From the human T2T-CHM13v2.0 reference genome, Homo sapiens, in NCBI RefSeq assembly GCF_009914755.1, contig NC_060937.1: a DNA stretch of 64,000 nt; one strand, written 5' to 3'. The notes beneath the pieces are model-generated. The model was given only the letters and a program-made list of their open reading frames with translations, ran no database searches and was not told the DNA's origin. Both the position numbers and the translations under genes were made by a program. Every line of letters begins with the position of its first letter. The first letter of the stretch is position 1. Positions 15,353 through 35,546 of the stretch are shown one piece after another.

Positions 15353-16124
15353 CCTTTCTATTTTATTTTTAATGTTCTAATCATAAAAACATTTAGGACT
15401 ATAAAAATGAGCAGATAAAAAATATTCCCACTCCCTCTTAATGGAAGATGTGTTCACATTTTTAAAAGTCTCTTCCCCAAAGGAAGAAACCAAAGTTCTC
15501 TTTTTGCCAGGCCCATTGCCCTGCTTTTCATTCTTGACCTAATACCTGCAGGGAGCAGGATGGCCGGATTTGGTCTGGAGGGAATGTTTCTCCTCCTTGC
15601 GCACCAAGACGCATGCGCACAGCGGGCTTTCCGGAGCTCATAGTTTCCACTCCATCACCCCATCCAAGGCTCTGGGCGATGTTTTGGAATTTGTCAACTT
15701 TTATACATTAGTGAAATATGACGTTTTCTTTCTCATTCTAAGTAAATATTTGCTTTTGAACCTAATTTTGCATTTGTAGTTTTGTATTATTTTCCTAAAG
15801 ATGGTCCCCCAACTGTATAAAGTTTTGGCCTCACAAAACCTGGTTCTGACGTTTATTCAGAGGCAATATACATCATTTGGAAAACTGAGCTGTTTTTCCT
15901 TTTCACAGTCTCCCAGGGAAGAAGAGTGAGAGCTGAAGTTAAGTGGGAGAACAGAAATCCAGGCCACCAGCCTCCATGGCACCTGATGAAGATGCAGACC
16001 TGCTCTCAGCTCTGCCTACTGAACCTTTAACTGCCGTTTGCATCCAAACAGGGAGCTCAGAGGAAGCCTCCAGCTCTTTGCATTCCCCACTTTCATTCAT
16101 CTTTCAGGAAGTCCTAACAGACAC

Positions 16125-16170
16125 AGAGTCCTGATGGGGGCCTGGAGAGAGTCCTGATGGGGGCCTGGAG
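16125..16170. repeat. Perfect 23-bp tandem duplication
   Basis: (agagtcctgatgggggcctggag)x2. Confidence 0.95.
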
Positions 16171-17249
16171 GGAGCCCTCCATGGACCCAACAACTGTGAA
16201 CTTTTCCCTGGCTGGCTTCCTAACGAATCTGCTTCCTCAATACTCAGCCACAGCCAAGAATATGAGAAAGAACCGGCATCTTGAAATTAACAGAGAATTT
16301 TCCCCTTTTGTTTCTTATCTGAATTGCTTAGAGTGCTTTACAAATTAAAGTCAATATCGTGGTATACAACAGAAACACATACAGGATCTAAAAAGCTACA
16401 AACTGGCTGAGGGTCTTTCTCTCCAGAAATGAGGAAGAATGTGAGGAGAAAAAACACCTTAGAACTTTGATTCAATAAAATATCTAACCATCCAATAGTA
16501 TTTCCTATTATAATATTAAAAAATAGTAAGTCATGAAAATAACTTCTTCCTACAAAATGAATAACTTTAAAAAAGTAATTGAAATATATTTTTTCTATTT
16601 CTCATATCCGTTCAATGCTATTCTGAGGTGATTCACACTCTCCATATTACATTGGTTTTAGGATGTTATGATTCTTTCAGAAAGCACTTATTCCTCTATT
16701 TGAATCCAGATACATAAGGCCTTTTACACTTCACACTGCCTATAATGATGCCAACAGCAGGAAATCCCAAAAGAGTAGAGACACTGGAGCTTAGAGGTGA
16801 TAACTAACTTATCTAATGCCCCGTAGCTGGTTAATCGGCAGAACTGGGATGCCCATCTATCTGATTTTCATGTCTCTGCTCTGGAACTGAACAATATAAC
16901 ACTTTGGAGCAAGGCAGAGAGTGAAGTTCCAGTCTGGGCTCCACCAGTTAGTAGCTATATAATTGAAGGCAAGTGACTTAACCTTGCTAGGCCACCATTT
17001 CCTTCTCTGTAAATGGGGATCCATTCAGTTATTCTTTCATTCAACAAGTATCTATTCACTAACTCCACATGGTGTCTCTAAAGATTTAGTGCAATAAAGG
17101 AGCTCAAATGTTTAACAGAGGACCAAGCTCACAGTATGTCCTCAATAAGTATCAATTCCATTTTGCCCATATTTATAGTTTACGTTGGAGAGATGGAAGA
17201 AGGAATGGGTATCTGTTCATACGTATAATTCAGCATGGAGTGTTAACTA

Positions 17250-19060
17250 ATAAATTAGTTCACTCATCCAACAAACTTTTTGTTGAGTGCATACTATATA
17301 CTGGGCATTCTTCTATATGCTTGAAATAAATCAATGAAGAAAACAAAAAATGCTGTCACGGAGCTTACAGTCTAGCAATGAAGACAGATAATAAGCAAGG
17401 GCATAATAAAAAGCTAATCATGTAGTAGCCAAGAGGATAATAAAGAGCTACAAGGGAAAGAAAACATAAACTGGAGATAGAGGGTGGGAGTTGTGTAGAG
17501 CAGCGAGGGTGGGCTACACTGAAAAGGTGATATTTGGGCAAAGACATCAAGGAAGTGAAGAGGTGAGCCAAACCAGATATGAGAGATTAGCAATCTAGGC
17601 AGAGGGTAGATCCAGTGCAAAGGCTCTAGCATTCCTGGTACATTACAAGAAAAGCACAGAGGCTGGAATGGAATGAGGGAAGAGCAAGAAGAGTGAGAAA
17701 TGACACCAGGGAGGTGATGGAGCCCAGATCAAGCAAGTCCTTGCTGGTCATTGTAAGGACTTTGACTTTACTTTGAGTGTGATGGATAGCCACTGGATAG
17801 CAGAGTTTTGAGCCAAAAACTGATCTGCTTGCTCTGATGTATTATAAATGGATTACTTTGGCTGCTGCATGGAGCTGGGGTGGAAGCAAGAAGACTTGTT
17901 AGGAGGCTGTCGTGGTAGTGCAGACAGAGATGATGGTGGTTCAGACCACAGTGAAGTGAGCAAGAAGCAGTCGGGGTCTGAATACAATGTAATGGCAGAG
18001 CCAATGCAGTGGCCTAATGTGTGACTCAAGGATTTTGGCCTGAGCCAAACTGAACTGGAAATATGGAGTTGTCATCAACTGAGAGGGCCAAGGCTGTGGA
18101 TGGTGCAGGCTTGGTGGAAAGGAAAACCTAGAGTTTGGTTTTGGATATGTGAAGTCTAAAATATCTAGTAGACAACCAAATGGGGATGCTAAATGGGTAG
18201 TTAGATGTTTGAATTTGGGATTTGAGAGGGAGGTGTGGGTAGGCTGCACATATAAATTTGGGGATTATCAACATAGGGTTGATGTTTAAAACCATGAGAC
18301 TAGATGAGATTATCAGTGGAGTGAGTATAGACAGAGAAAAGAAAAAAAATTCGAATGGATCCGTGGGACATTCAAATATTAAGAGATTGGAGAGAAAAGG
18401 AGGAAGTCAGTCAAAATTTTAGAAGAGTGACCTGTGAGATAGGAGGAAACTCAGAATGTGGTACCCTGGAAACCAGGTAAAGAAATGTCCCAAGGGGGAG
18501 GAAGCCACCTACAATGCCACCTGCTGCTGGTACATCAACTGGGATGAGGAGCAAGAAGGGACCAGTAGCTTTTAGCAACAGGAAGGTCATGGGTGACTGA
18601 CATCAATTGAATGGTGAGAGTGAAAGCCTGAATGTAGTGGATTTAAGAGAGGATGGGAGAAGAGGAACTGGAGGCAGTGGGCACAGATGCTTTTATCAAG
18701 AACTCCTACTGCAAGGGAGTGTAATGACATGAAGTGAAATCTAATGGATAACATGTGGTCAAGAGAAAGTTCCACTTTTTAGGACAGCCTGTTGTGTGTG
18801 CTGGTGTGAATGATCCTGCAGAGAGTGGAAAATGGATGATGTAGGGAATAGGAGAGAATTGCTGGAGTGGTGTTCTTCAGTAAGCAAGAGTGGATGGATT
18901 TGATGGTGCAAATCAGATGGGCTTTAGACAGGTGTGAACAGCAAAGCTGTGGGAAGGCAGAACATGTGGGTGGGTATTGCTGGAAGGAGAGGTGTGGTGA
19001 GAGCACAGGGGAGGTCATTTCTTGTTCCACTTTCTCAGGGAAGTAGAAATCAACGTCACA
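17250..19060 (-). mobile_element. L2 (LINE-2)
   Basis: cactcatccaacaaactttttgttgagtgcatactat (reverse L2 3' end) followed by a typical purine-rich L2 body. Confidence 0.85.
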
Positions 19061-19924
19061 GTTGGGAATGAGGATGGGAGAGATGTAACTTAAATCCCTA
19101 AGATACGTGCTCTGCCTGATGTGTTCCTGTCCTGGTTCATTTTTCACCTTTTGTTACCGTGCAGCTGTTTCTTCCTAAATGTCTCTAGGGAGTTGGGAAA
19201 AGTGAAGTACTGGGCGTAGGGTAGGCTGCAAGAGCAGTGTGTGTATGTGTTTCCGCTTGTGTGCAACAGAGACATAGTGATCCATCCAAAGAGGCCTAAA
19301 TCTCAGTAAAACAAAAGAAAAATCAACAATAAGATAACTTAGAATTTTAAAATTCTACAGCTTTCAATGAACACCTTGGTCACAAAAAAGAGGAGGAGCA
19401 AGGAGTTCTCATTTCCAACAAATACCAGGTGTTCCTTTATTGTTACTACCTTTTTGTTTGACTTTTCTCTTTCCCAGTACAGTATTCAGCATTCATATTA
19501 CCTAACTCAGCTCACATAGGGCCTCTGTGCCTTCCATTGAGGCACTTTTTAGATGTATTGCTTATTAAAGGTGGGGGAATGGGGAAAATGAAATAACCTT
19601 AAAAAGTTTTCATGCCTAACTGGGCTATATTAACTCTATACCAAAAAAGTATATGCAAATTTTTTTTGGTAAAAATTATTTGGAGTCAAACACCACTTTT
19701 ACCTTTAAAATGGCATATTGGGAATCTGTTAAAGAATCTTGAAAACATCAGGATTTTACATTTAAAAGTTTTATGATTTAGGGATGAGAGACCAGGAATG
19801 ACCTTCTTCCAAATTGCACTTACTTTAGGACAAGTACACAAATTTCTCAAATCTAATTGAGCTCTCCTTCTCTATGAGAACTACCTTACTTAAATAAAAA
19901 AGATAATAATTCAGGTAGTTTTCA

Positions 19925-20235
19925 TTTATTTTTTATATTTGTGTAAAATACACATAACAACATTTTCCATCTTAACTATTTTTAAGTGTACAGTTCACTG
20001 GCATTAACTACATTCACACTGTGTGAAACCATCCCCACCATCCATGTCTGGAGTGCTTTTCATCTTTTCATCTTGCAGACCAATCTCTTCATTCCTCTCT
20101 CCTCCCAACCCCTGGCAACCGCCCATCTACTTTCTGTCTCTGTGAATTTGACTACCATAGCTTTCTCCCATACATGGAATCATGCATATTTGTCCTTTTG
20201 TGTCTTGCTTATTTCACGTAGTGTGATATTCTCCA
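19925..20235 (-). mobile_element. L1MB-type 3' end
   Basis: taagtgtacagttcactggcatta..cccctggcaacc..tggaatcatgcatatttgtcc. Confidence 0.8.
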
Positions 20236-20319
20236 GTAGAATGACCTTTTAATTACTGATTCTTCTCACGAGTAGATGGGGTTTCAATGTCATAGGCCAC
20301 TTTACAGTGCATTACTTAC

Positions 20320-20402
20320 GTGGGACATTTAGACCAAGAGAGCTGTTCATGAGGACATTGTTGGAGGGTGACTTAGGTGATTGGGGAGTTATTCTCTTCA
20401 CC
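20320..20402 (-). pseudogene. Probable ATP8A-like penultimate exon
   Basis: attcccag|G VKRITPQSPKSPSNNVLMNSSLGLNVP C|gtaagt. Open frame; the end resembles ATP8A2 GSSLQQGVP|H and the phase joins the last exon in frame. Confidence 0.72.
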
Positions 20403-20542
20403 CTGGGAATAAATCGATCAGCCTGGCTTTAGTTCTTTGGAGCAGATCTCAAAGGAGTTTAATGGAAAAAATCAAGTTGCAAAGTGAAAGTAAAAGACTG
20501 TACTCACATTTTGGAAAATGTTCATGTATTTAAAATAAGATA

Positions 20543-24285
<3,743 letters not shown>

Positions 24286-24288
<3 letters not shown>

Positions 24289-24388
24289 TGTTGGCCAGGC
24301 TGGTCTCGAACTCCTTACCTCAGGTGATCTGCCCGCCTCAGCCTCCCAAAGTGCTGGAATTACCGGCGTGAGCCACCATGCCCAGCCA
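24286..24388 (-). mobile_element. Alu left-arm fragment fused to the truncated L1
   Basis: ccatgttggccaggctgg..gagccaccatgcccagcc follows the L1 without any spacer. Confidence 0.9.
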
Positions 24389-26514
24389 GCATGTTTCTTT
24401 AATTGCTGTTCTTCACTTATTTTTCTTCACCACATCCCCTAAACTTGGCTTCTATTATAAATCCCCATATCTTTCTACTACTACTGTTTCTCAGTTACTA
24501 TCCTTTTCTTCCATGGAAATTTACTAGCACAACTATATGTAATACATATTATAGTATTGTATATATAATACATGATTATTATAAATAACTATCATATGGC
24601 AACAGCAGATAAACAACATTATTATATATTATACACATATATACATTATACACATATGATTATCATATATATGTATATATGTAATATATATCATACATTA
24701 TATGTCATAATAGAATCACTTTAAAAAACTAGTGAGGAAAGAAGAAAGCTGCCCTGACCTCTGTGTATTTTTAAGTCCTCACAACATTTCTATCAAGTAG
24801 GCCTTCCTGTCCCTATCTTGCCATACAAAGATGTTAAATAAACTGCTTGCTTGGTAGATCCCAGAGAGTTTTTAATGTATAGTTCTGCCTCAAAGTCCTC
24901 TGGATTTTTTTCTTCTGGTTACTACTGTAGACAGAATTTAAGCTCATTCCTATTATTCCTGATTTAGCAGTCCAAATAGGCTTGAAGATCTCTCCTCTCT
25001 ACCTTAATCCCACACTCTTGTCAAAGCAAACTGACCGAGACAGTGCTTCTTTCTCATCATGTGACTTCCCTACTCTCAACCACGGGTGGCTCTGTATGTC
25101 CTATAGAGATATTTCAAGAGACTCCTATAAATAAACTTCAAATCCCCACGACTTCTTAGCTCCTCCTCAAATCCCACACCCATACGTCTTACACAATCAG
25201 AGATTCAATCACACCAGGACATCCTTTACTCCCCAAATAGCTTATGTTCTCCTCTGTGATCACTGCCTCCATATCCTCTTCCTAAGGTATGTGTGCTGCT
25301 CCCAACTCCCATATCTACCTGTTAAAATCCTACCTATCCTTCCACAAAGATACAACCTTCTCCACAAAGCCTTCCAAAAACTCTTCAATCAGAAACAACC
25401 TCTTCTATGTTTACCGAGAACGTAATATGCTCATCTGCTTAGATCTGTCTAGTACAATTTTTTTTTTCCGCAGATAACTGTGACTTCAAATGGACTGTGA
25501 GCTCCTCTGGGCCAGGGCAATGCATTCATCTTCATACAAATCTCCACTCCTTAGCACAGTTCTTAATACAAGGTAAATACTTACATGTGCTATGAAATGA
25601 TTAGTAAAAAGAACAACTTCTTCAATAGCAAGAACGTCTCCCTTAATAGCAAGAACTTCTCCCAGTGAAAAGTTTTATACACAACTTTCAAATATGGTGG
25701 AACACAGAGGTACCCAGGTAAATAAAAGATATATTAAATTCTAAACTGCATTAGAATTGCTAATCTTAAACTTAGTAATTTAACATTCTCTTTTGAAAGT
25801 AAATCTACAAAGTGACTTAAATAGATACCATGCCTTCTCCTTTTTCCTAACGTGCTTTAGAAAAAGACTTAAAGGAGTGAAAACTAAAAGTAAAAAGTTA
25901 GATAATTACATGATTACACCTAAGTGGCCAGTTGGCAAATGAATAAAAATATTACAAATTTAAGAATGAAAAGATCTTCTGTTCTTTAATATGTGGTAAT
26001 ACGTTCTTTACTTTAATATGTGGTAGCGGTACAGCAAGTAAAAATGGAATAAATACACCTGTAAAGTGGTGATGTAAGCCAAGAGCAGTGGCTCATACCT
26101 ATAATCCCAGCACTTTGGGAGGCTGAGGTGAGAGCATCACTTGAGGACAGAGTTTGAGAAAACGGTGATCTCTTTAAAACGCAAATCGGAGAACACTGCC
26201 CTGCTTAAAACCCTCCACTGATTTTTTTGACATGCTTGGAGAAATATCAGATTCCTTACCCTAGACTACAAAGACTCTGCACATCCTGCTATGAGCACTA
26301 CCAAGCCCAGCTCCTGCTCTGCCTGCCCCTGCCCCTTCATTCCGGTTCTACTACACTGGTGCCAAGGCCTTTGTCTCACAGTGTCTTGGCTCTTGCTGTT
26401 GCCTGTGCTTGGAATGATCTTCTTCCGTATCTTCTCATGGCTGCCTTCTTCCATCCTTCAATTACTCGCTCAAATCCCACCTCCTCAGAAAGGCTTCCAT
26501 GACCACCCAACTAA

Positions 26515-26936
<422 letters not shown>

Positions 26937-27470
26937 GACCTGGAATTATCTGTTTACTTGCTTGTTTAGTATCTGCCTCCTTCCACTAGACCATAAGCCC
27001 TGCATACAGGCAGTGGTCATGACCACTGTGGTTCTAGAAAAGTGGCTGACATGTGGAAGGTGCTCAAAACTATTTGTAGCAGCATAAACTGCATTTTAAC
27101 CCATGAGGACGAAGATATATTTTTTGCATTCTCTAGCTTATCTTTCACTTCTGGAAGCACAGATTAGTTGAAAGCACCAGGGGATTCGGAATCAGATAGA
27201 CTTGGATCAAAATCCCGATTCTGCCACTTATTTTCCCAGTGATGTTGGCAGGGTCATTTAAATGGAGCTATAGCTACAAATTTTTCAGTGTGATGGAAAA
27301 CCAAATGGATGAGCCAACTCTAAGGTCTGTCTGCCTTAGAGGACTGCTTTGCACATGTAAGTGCACTGATTTGGCTCTCAGCCATGAGCTCTTTCCTGGA
27401 CTCATGCTCTTTCAACAAAAAGAATTTTATTTCTCCTCAGGAATAATGTTGCTTAAGAAAAGAATGTTCA

Positions 27471-28422
27471 ACAGGCAACCTACAGAATGGGAGAAAGTTT
27501 TTACAATCTACCCATCTGACAAAGGTCTAACATCCAGAATCTACAAAGAACTTAAAGAAATTTACAAGAAAAAAACCAAACAACCCCATCAAAAAGTGGG
27601 TGAAGGATATGAACAGACACTTCTGAAAAGAAGACATTTATGCAGCCAACAGACACATGAAAAAATGCTCATCATCACTGGCCATCAGAGAAATGCAAAT
27701 CAAAACCACAATGAGATACCATCTCACACCAGTTAGAATGGTGATCATTAAAAAGTCAGGAAACAACAGGTGCTGGAGAGGATGTGGAGAAATAGGAACA
27801 CTTACACTGTTGGTTGGACTGTAAACTAGTTCAACCATTGTGGAAGACAGTGTGGCAATTCCTCAAGGATCTAGAACTAGAAATACCATTTGACCCAGCC
27901 ATCCCATTACTGGGTATATACCCAAAGGATTATAAATCATGCTGCTATAGAGACACATGCACACATATGTTTATTGTGGCACTATTCACGATAGCCAAGA
28001 CTTGGAACCAACCCAAATGTCCATCAATGATAGACTGGATTAAGAAAATGTGGCACATACACACCATGGAATACTATGCAGCCATAAAAAAAGGATGAGT
28101 TCATGTCTTTTGTAGGGACATGGATGAAGCTGGAAACCATCATTCTCAGCAAACTATCGCAAGGCCAGAAAACCAAACACCGCATGTTCTCACTCATAGG
28201 TGGGAATTGAACAATGAGAACACTTGGACACAGGTTGGGGAACATCACACACCAGGGCCTGTCACGGGGTGGGGAAAGGGGGGAGGGATAGCATTAGGAG
28301 GTATACCTAATGTAAATGATGAGTTAATGGGTGCAGCACACCAACATGGCACATGTATACATATGTAACTAACCTGCACCTTGTGCACATGTACCCTAGA
28401 ACTTAAAGTATATTAAAAAAAA
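27471..28422 (+). mobile_element. L1PA 3' end, 5'-truncated (about 0.95 kb)
   Basis: ORF2 C-terminus ([16 protein letters not shown]..), 3'UTR and A-tail; TSD aaagaaYgttca. Confidence 0.95.
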
Positions 28423-28677
28423 AGAACGTTCAAACTTAACATTCAAGAAGTAAGAAATTCACAGAAATAATTCCTGAAGAAGAGAAAAAACAGGTCCTTT
28501 CATTAGTAGGAAGAGGAAAATTCAAACACAAGCATCAGAAAACAGTGCTCCAATTAAAATAATGGTAATAATAAATAAATACAGTGAGTGTTACATACGT
28601 GTTTACAATGTGCCAGGTATTGTTGTTTATCTCCACAATAATCCTTGAGGTCAATACCACTGTTATTCTCGTATTAC

Positions 28678-28996
<319 letters not shown>

Positions 28997-30446
28997 TAAC
29001 TAGGAAAGTCATGAGCTAGTCAGTAACAGAATCACAACAGTGACCACAGACGATGCTTGTCCCTCACTCAATCTCCCATGCTCTTTCCACCCTCGGCACC
29101 CTTCCTCTCCACATGGATTTGTGCTTGTGTGTCTTCTCCCTCTTCCTCCTTCCTCCTCTAGCACTGGCCCCAGTCAATAGCCACAATGTAGCATATTCTG
29201 CCACCAAGATGGCAGCTCTGCTAGGCTGCCCATGAGCAGTGTGCCAGCAAGACTGGCTAAAAGAGATGGGAGAAATATCTAGGCATCTTCAACCTCCCTA
29301 GGAGCCCCCTCAGCTGTGCCTACTTAAAGCACAGTCTTCCTCTGTGCCCATCTGACTTAGGAGAGTCCAAGCGAAAGCTCCTGTCCTCCAAGGACGGCCC
29401 AAGTGTGTACAGTCTTCATCCTGAAGAACACCCAAGCTAGAGAGTGCTTCCCAATGGGAAATAAAGGATGAGCAGTTGCTTTAAGTGCTTGCAAAGCTGT
29501 TAGAACACTGCTCAAGGCAATGTAGCTCTTTCAGTGGCACCTAGTTATGAGCACATATTGTAGTAACAGAGAATGATTGATTTAGTAGTAACAGTCAAAA
29601 ACCAAGGAAGGGGAAAGCTACATGAAACATTAAAGTATATTTTCTTGTAATAAAGGTTTTAGAAAAAGATTTCCTAGACGGGGGGGATGTTGGTAACAAC
29701 TTTTCCCAGGTCTTAAAAGCTTTTTTTTTTTTTAAGTCATTAAGAAAAGATGATTTTTTAAAAAAATCATCCAGCTTTGGGAAGAATGATCTAGTTTGTC
29801 GTTTCCTTTCCAAATGTTTCAGATTCAACATTAGAAATGTTCCGATGGTTCCAGAGATAGGACTGCATGAGTCTTGAGGAAAGGCCAATAAAAATAACAC
29901 CACCATCAATATCCTCCCAGCGTACTCTGGGGAGTCAGGCCACGGCTGCTAGAGGCACAGGCCTGCTGAAGTATGAGAAGAGAGGAGGATGTAGGTGGAC
30001 ATTATTTCCTTCACAAAGAACAAAATGAATTAATTCCCTATTTTAAAGAGACGGTTTTTGGTTTATCTGTGAAAATAATTTCCAACATCCATCCTTTCGT
30101 CAAATATTTATTGAGCACTTACTGGAAACCAGCCCCCACAGGAGGTGATGGATGCCTTCGGGAGCTTACACTCTAGTTTGTGGGACAGTCATTAAGCAAT
30201 AACCGATTCAGAATCACCACCCTGACTTTGACAAGTGCTGTAAAGGAGAGAACCATATGAACTTATCAAAGGGAGTTTGGCCCAGAGGCCTGAAGAACTG
30301 AGAACTAAGCTGAGATGTCAAGGTAGAGGCTAACTAGAATTTCATGATTCCGCATTGCACTTTTCATTTATGTTCCCAAATCTCAATCTGTACAGTCACA
30401 GAAACAGCCCTGAGGGAAACATGAACTTAATAAAAAGGTAGCCTAC

Positions 30447-30839
<393 letters not shown>

Positions 30840-31669
30840 TCACCTTAGGAAAAAAGTATTCATCTTGCAACATGGTCCTCCAAATACACATGTTTTCAAA
30901 ATATAAATTTTCTTGCAAGTCTGATGGGATGATGTCTCCCTCCCCTGGTAAGAGCAGTGTTTGCAACCTGGGCAATATTGAGAGCACAAATAATTCTAAC
31001 AGCGCTAATTTGGAGAGCATTGATTTAGGACAGAAGTACCTCCCTTTCCAACCTAAAATCAGCACTATAAGAAACATTTCAAAGATATTCTCAGGTGTCA
31101 GGGGTACATGCAGTAAGTGAGACAATCAGCAGACAGCAATGGGAGAACAAACCCATCTTTGTGTTACATTGCACAGATCAAATGAAATCCTTACTGCTTA
31201 GTTTGAAGAGGTAACTATGGAAAGATGTGGCATACTATATATAAAATTTTACAGCAAAGATGCGTTCTTTTCTAATTTTTTCCACTTCCAGCCTCTTGAT
31301 TTCCTTTAGGCAAGATCAATTTATCTCTGAATCTGCCAGCTCCCAGCAACTCTAATATGGCACTGGGCACTGTAGGATTTTAAATAATTTGAGAGTCATC
31401 CATATGCCACATACTATGGATATAAAGATGAATTAATCAGTCACTTCTACCAAAGACTTAATGTCTAGTAACATCCTTAACAATTGCATTATTACTAGGA
31501 AAAGAATCCGTGTGTTGGCCACCATGTTTGCATTGCTTCAACTTTTTTCCTCATAGTATCAAAAGCTTGTGGTGAAAAGTTATCAAGACAGAACAAGGAA
31601 ATAGTCAGCATAATAACTTAACTCACCTAAAGTAGTTTGAACCGTATTAATTCTTCACTGGAAAAATAG

Positions 31670-31968
<299 letters not shown>

Positions 31969-32312
31969 TAAAACACAGTATATTTCTTGAAGCTCTGAGG
32001 ATTCTAACTCTTTGGAATAGCTTACTTTAATTGTGCACCTTCTATGTGTCAGGCACTAATTTCAATTACTGTACATAGATTAACTTGTCTTATCCTCACA
32101 AGGACCCTATGATTTGCTTGATGATAAAACTGGGGCAAATATAGAGAAGTTAAGGAATGTTCCCAAGAATGATGGCTGGGCAGGTGTGGAGCCAGGTTGA
32201 AACCCAAGGCACTGTGACTCCAGGGCTCCTGTTCTGAACCACTGTACCCTTGCAGCTCTCTGGAAAGGCAGGTAAATGTAATGCATTGAAAAGCATTCGG
32301 GGTGCTGCTCAC

Positions 32313-32395
32313 AGTGTCTATGGTGACAGAGGATGGTGTTCTGGTAGTGAAAACAAAGCCAAGTTTTTTTGCTCCTTTCGCTAAAGCTGCTTCAT
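32313..32395 (-). pseudogene. ATP8A-like N-domain exon (DEAAL)
   Basis: AT+EAALAKGAKKLGFVFTTRTPSSVTIDT|gtgagc. The acceptor AG has lost its G (tgaca|AT). Confidence 0.94.
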
Positions 32396-32947
32396 TGTCA
32401 GTAAAAAGTTTATATTAGTAGAAATTGAGCAAATATAATCACACTGAATTGAATTTAAAACAGATTTCCAGTCTCCAGCACTAATACTGTGTCCATGTTT
32501 TAAACTTGGCTTTTTTTTTTATCCAAATGCACTTATCTGTCTGTCTAGGGACCAGCTTGTGTTCACAAAAGAGGAAATTTGGTTAAAAAGGGCCTCTTTC
32601 AGTGGGGCTGAGATGAATTTACCAGGCTGAGGGTGAAATACTTCCTTACTGTTCATAATGATCTTGTTTCTTCTCAAAGCCATTCATAGTAACTCCATAA
32701 AATGTTGCAAGGCCTTAACTTTACCTCTGTTTTGTTACTGATGATAACCAAACGCACTGCTGAGCCCCAAATTCTGAGCACCCTCACAGCCTCTTTATGG
32801 CAGTCTTGGGGGGTGAACCATGAGTGCTATAAGAACTCCAGGGAAGGAGAAAGGCAGAAGCAATTAAGGTGATCAGTGATAGCACCTACCTCTTCTGAGG
32901 CCTCATCACCAGCCAGGCACAAAGAGCTATGCGCACTTAACATCTAC

Positions 32948-33054
32948 CTGGGGGAGGAAGCCTGGTGGATTATATTATTTCCATCTCTCTTGGGAATAAC
33001 AGAGTGGCACACAGATAACAGGATAAGAAATTCTGTTATATAGTCTTTTGTGGG
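32948..33054 (-). pseudogene. ATP8A-like N-domain exon (VCH..QASSP)
   Basis: tttttatag|[35 protein letters not shown]+AG|gtagat. One extra C in the C-run shifts the exit phase. Confidence 0.94.
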
Positions 33055-33373
33055 CTATAAAAAAAGAAAGGCACAAAATTAGTGAGTGTCTTTCAACATC
33101 AATAACACAAGAGGTATATATGGTCTAAAATTTGCACCAACTGTGTTTTGACCTCAGGTACACACAAAGTCAGGCACCAGTGAAAAACCATATCATGCAT
33201 TCAAAATGTATTTGTGGGGTGGCTACCGAGGCCAGGATGGTATAGGAGGCTGGAGAGACCTCAGAAAACAAGGTGATCCTGCCTTCTTGAAGCTTTATTC
33301 TCATTGGAGAGACGGAATTTCCCAAAACTGAAGAAAACAAATAGGGACTCTGATAGAGAAAAGAAGGGCGTAT

Positions 33374-33706
33374 TGTATTGTATTGTATTGTATTGTATTG
33401 TATTGTATTGTATTGTATTGTTTTTGAGATGGAGTCTAGCTCTGTTGCCCAGCCTGGAGTGTAATAGTGTGATCTCGGCTCACTACAACCTTCACCTCCC
33501 ACGTTCAAGTGATTCTCCTGTCTCAGCCTCCTGAGTAGCTAAGATTGCAAGTGCCCACGACCATGCCCAGCAATTTTTGCATTTTTAGTAGAGATGAGGT
33601 TTTACCATGTTGGCCAGGGTGGTCTTGAACTCCTGACCTCAAGTAATCTGCCTGTCTTGGCCTCCCAAAGTGCTGGGATTACAGGCATGAGCCACTGTGC
33701 CCAGCC
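33374..33706 (-). mobile_element. AluS-like with a (GTATT)n tail, in the PRUNE retrocopy poly(A)
   Basis: Antisense Alu between the retrocopy poly(T) and its TSD; pentanucleotide repeat at 33370-33420. Confidence 0.9.
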
Positions 33707-34939
33707 TTTTTTTTTTAACAGGAAAAAAGTATTTAATACTTTAACAAAATGCAAAGTAAAATATCCAAGTTACAAAATATAAATTCCTTTGGTTCAGTCA
33801 TCACACCACTATTTTTACCTTCCACATAGCTATAGACATCACACCCTCAAAGTGATGTCAGACTGTCCCCCTTCGTACTGAAAGATGTCATGCCAAAGCC
33901 ATCACATACCCCACCGTTCAGTGAAATTGCTGGCAACTTACACGGAATAGAGCTGTGAGGTAGGAAAAGGGGTAAATGGTTGGTCTGAAAAAAAGGGGAA
34001 GACTCTCCACACACAGAGCAAGTCAGCAGGAGGGAGATCTCTGCTGGGTCACCACACCATGAACCATACACCTTCCATGCTACATGAGGCTGAGTTCTTG
34101 GTACAATTGCACATAAATACAGATGATCAAGTGAACCTGAGCACCCCCAGGGAAAACAGAAGAAAAATACAGAGAGGCAGAGGAGAGAAAGAATGGCAGC
34201 CAGAGGCAGATCACAGAATACCAGGGAACATCTAGTCCAAACCCTGTTTTACAGATTGGAAAAATGAGACCTAGAGTAGAAGGTCTTGCCAAAAGACACA
34301 GTTTATGGCAGTATTAGAATTCCATGCTGCCTTTTAACATGAGCAAGGAGAAAAAAAATGGACAAGAAATGGGTAGACTTGCTAAGGCAGGGGCGGACCC
34401 AGGCATCTCATTCCACTTCTGCTGTCTTTTTGGAAGACTGCCCATGAGGTCTTAAGGCCTTTCTGCGTGCTTCCTTGATTCTCAAGAATCAGCAGTCATC
34501 AAGGTTTCTTCAAGGTTCCTGTGGCTCTGGACACAGGGATCCAAAGAAACAGAGACCCAGGCCACCTAATCAGGACAGAAGATAATGGCCCCTAATCTGC
34601 TCCCAAACAAGACTTGAAACAGTGACAACAAGGTCAGAATAGAAATTCAGCCACCCCTCAGTCAAACACCATCACCTAAATGGGGGCTGCAGGAAGAGTT
34701 GCGGAGCTGGAAATCTGCAATACTTGAATGAATAAGTGAATGAATGAATACACGGAGATGACCAATGCATGTTTGGTTCCGTGACAGGCATTGGTTCTGT
34801 TCACTATCTGTGCTGTGGGCACTTTTGGGGTCTACGTTGTTTTTGTCCACTCTGCTGGGATTGTGGGTGTATCATATTGTGCCCCTGGCAAACAAACTGA
34901 AAGAAGTGAGTGCAGATTTAAATAATAAAATGTGTCTGA

Positions 34940-35268
<329 letters not shown>

Positions 35269-35441
35269 GGAAAGCCATTCTTAAACCAGCTGCTTTTTTT
35301 TCTCCTCTCAGTTTTATAAGAACAGTATACCAGATCCTGGAGCAATGAAGACAGAATGGCTGAATCTCCAAACATCTCAAAACATGCATTTGAGGTGAAT
35401 CAGGTAGCCTCACTCACTGCCACTTCCCCTCCCAACAGTCA

Positions 35442-35546
<105 letters not shown>

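Noticed and set aside
15597-15625. NRF1-like motif ACGCATGCGCA
   Set aside because: One mismatch, isolated, no CpG island, and probably inside an old DNA transposon.
25579-25660. gtaagt donor with IEEV-like codons as a possible missing flippase exon
   Set aside because: It overlaps a decayed L2 end, has no acceptor and does not align convincingly to ATP8A2.
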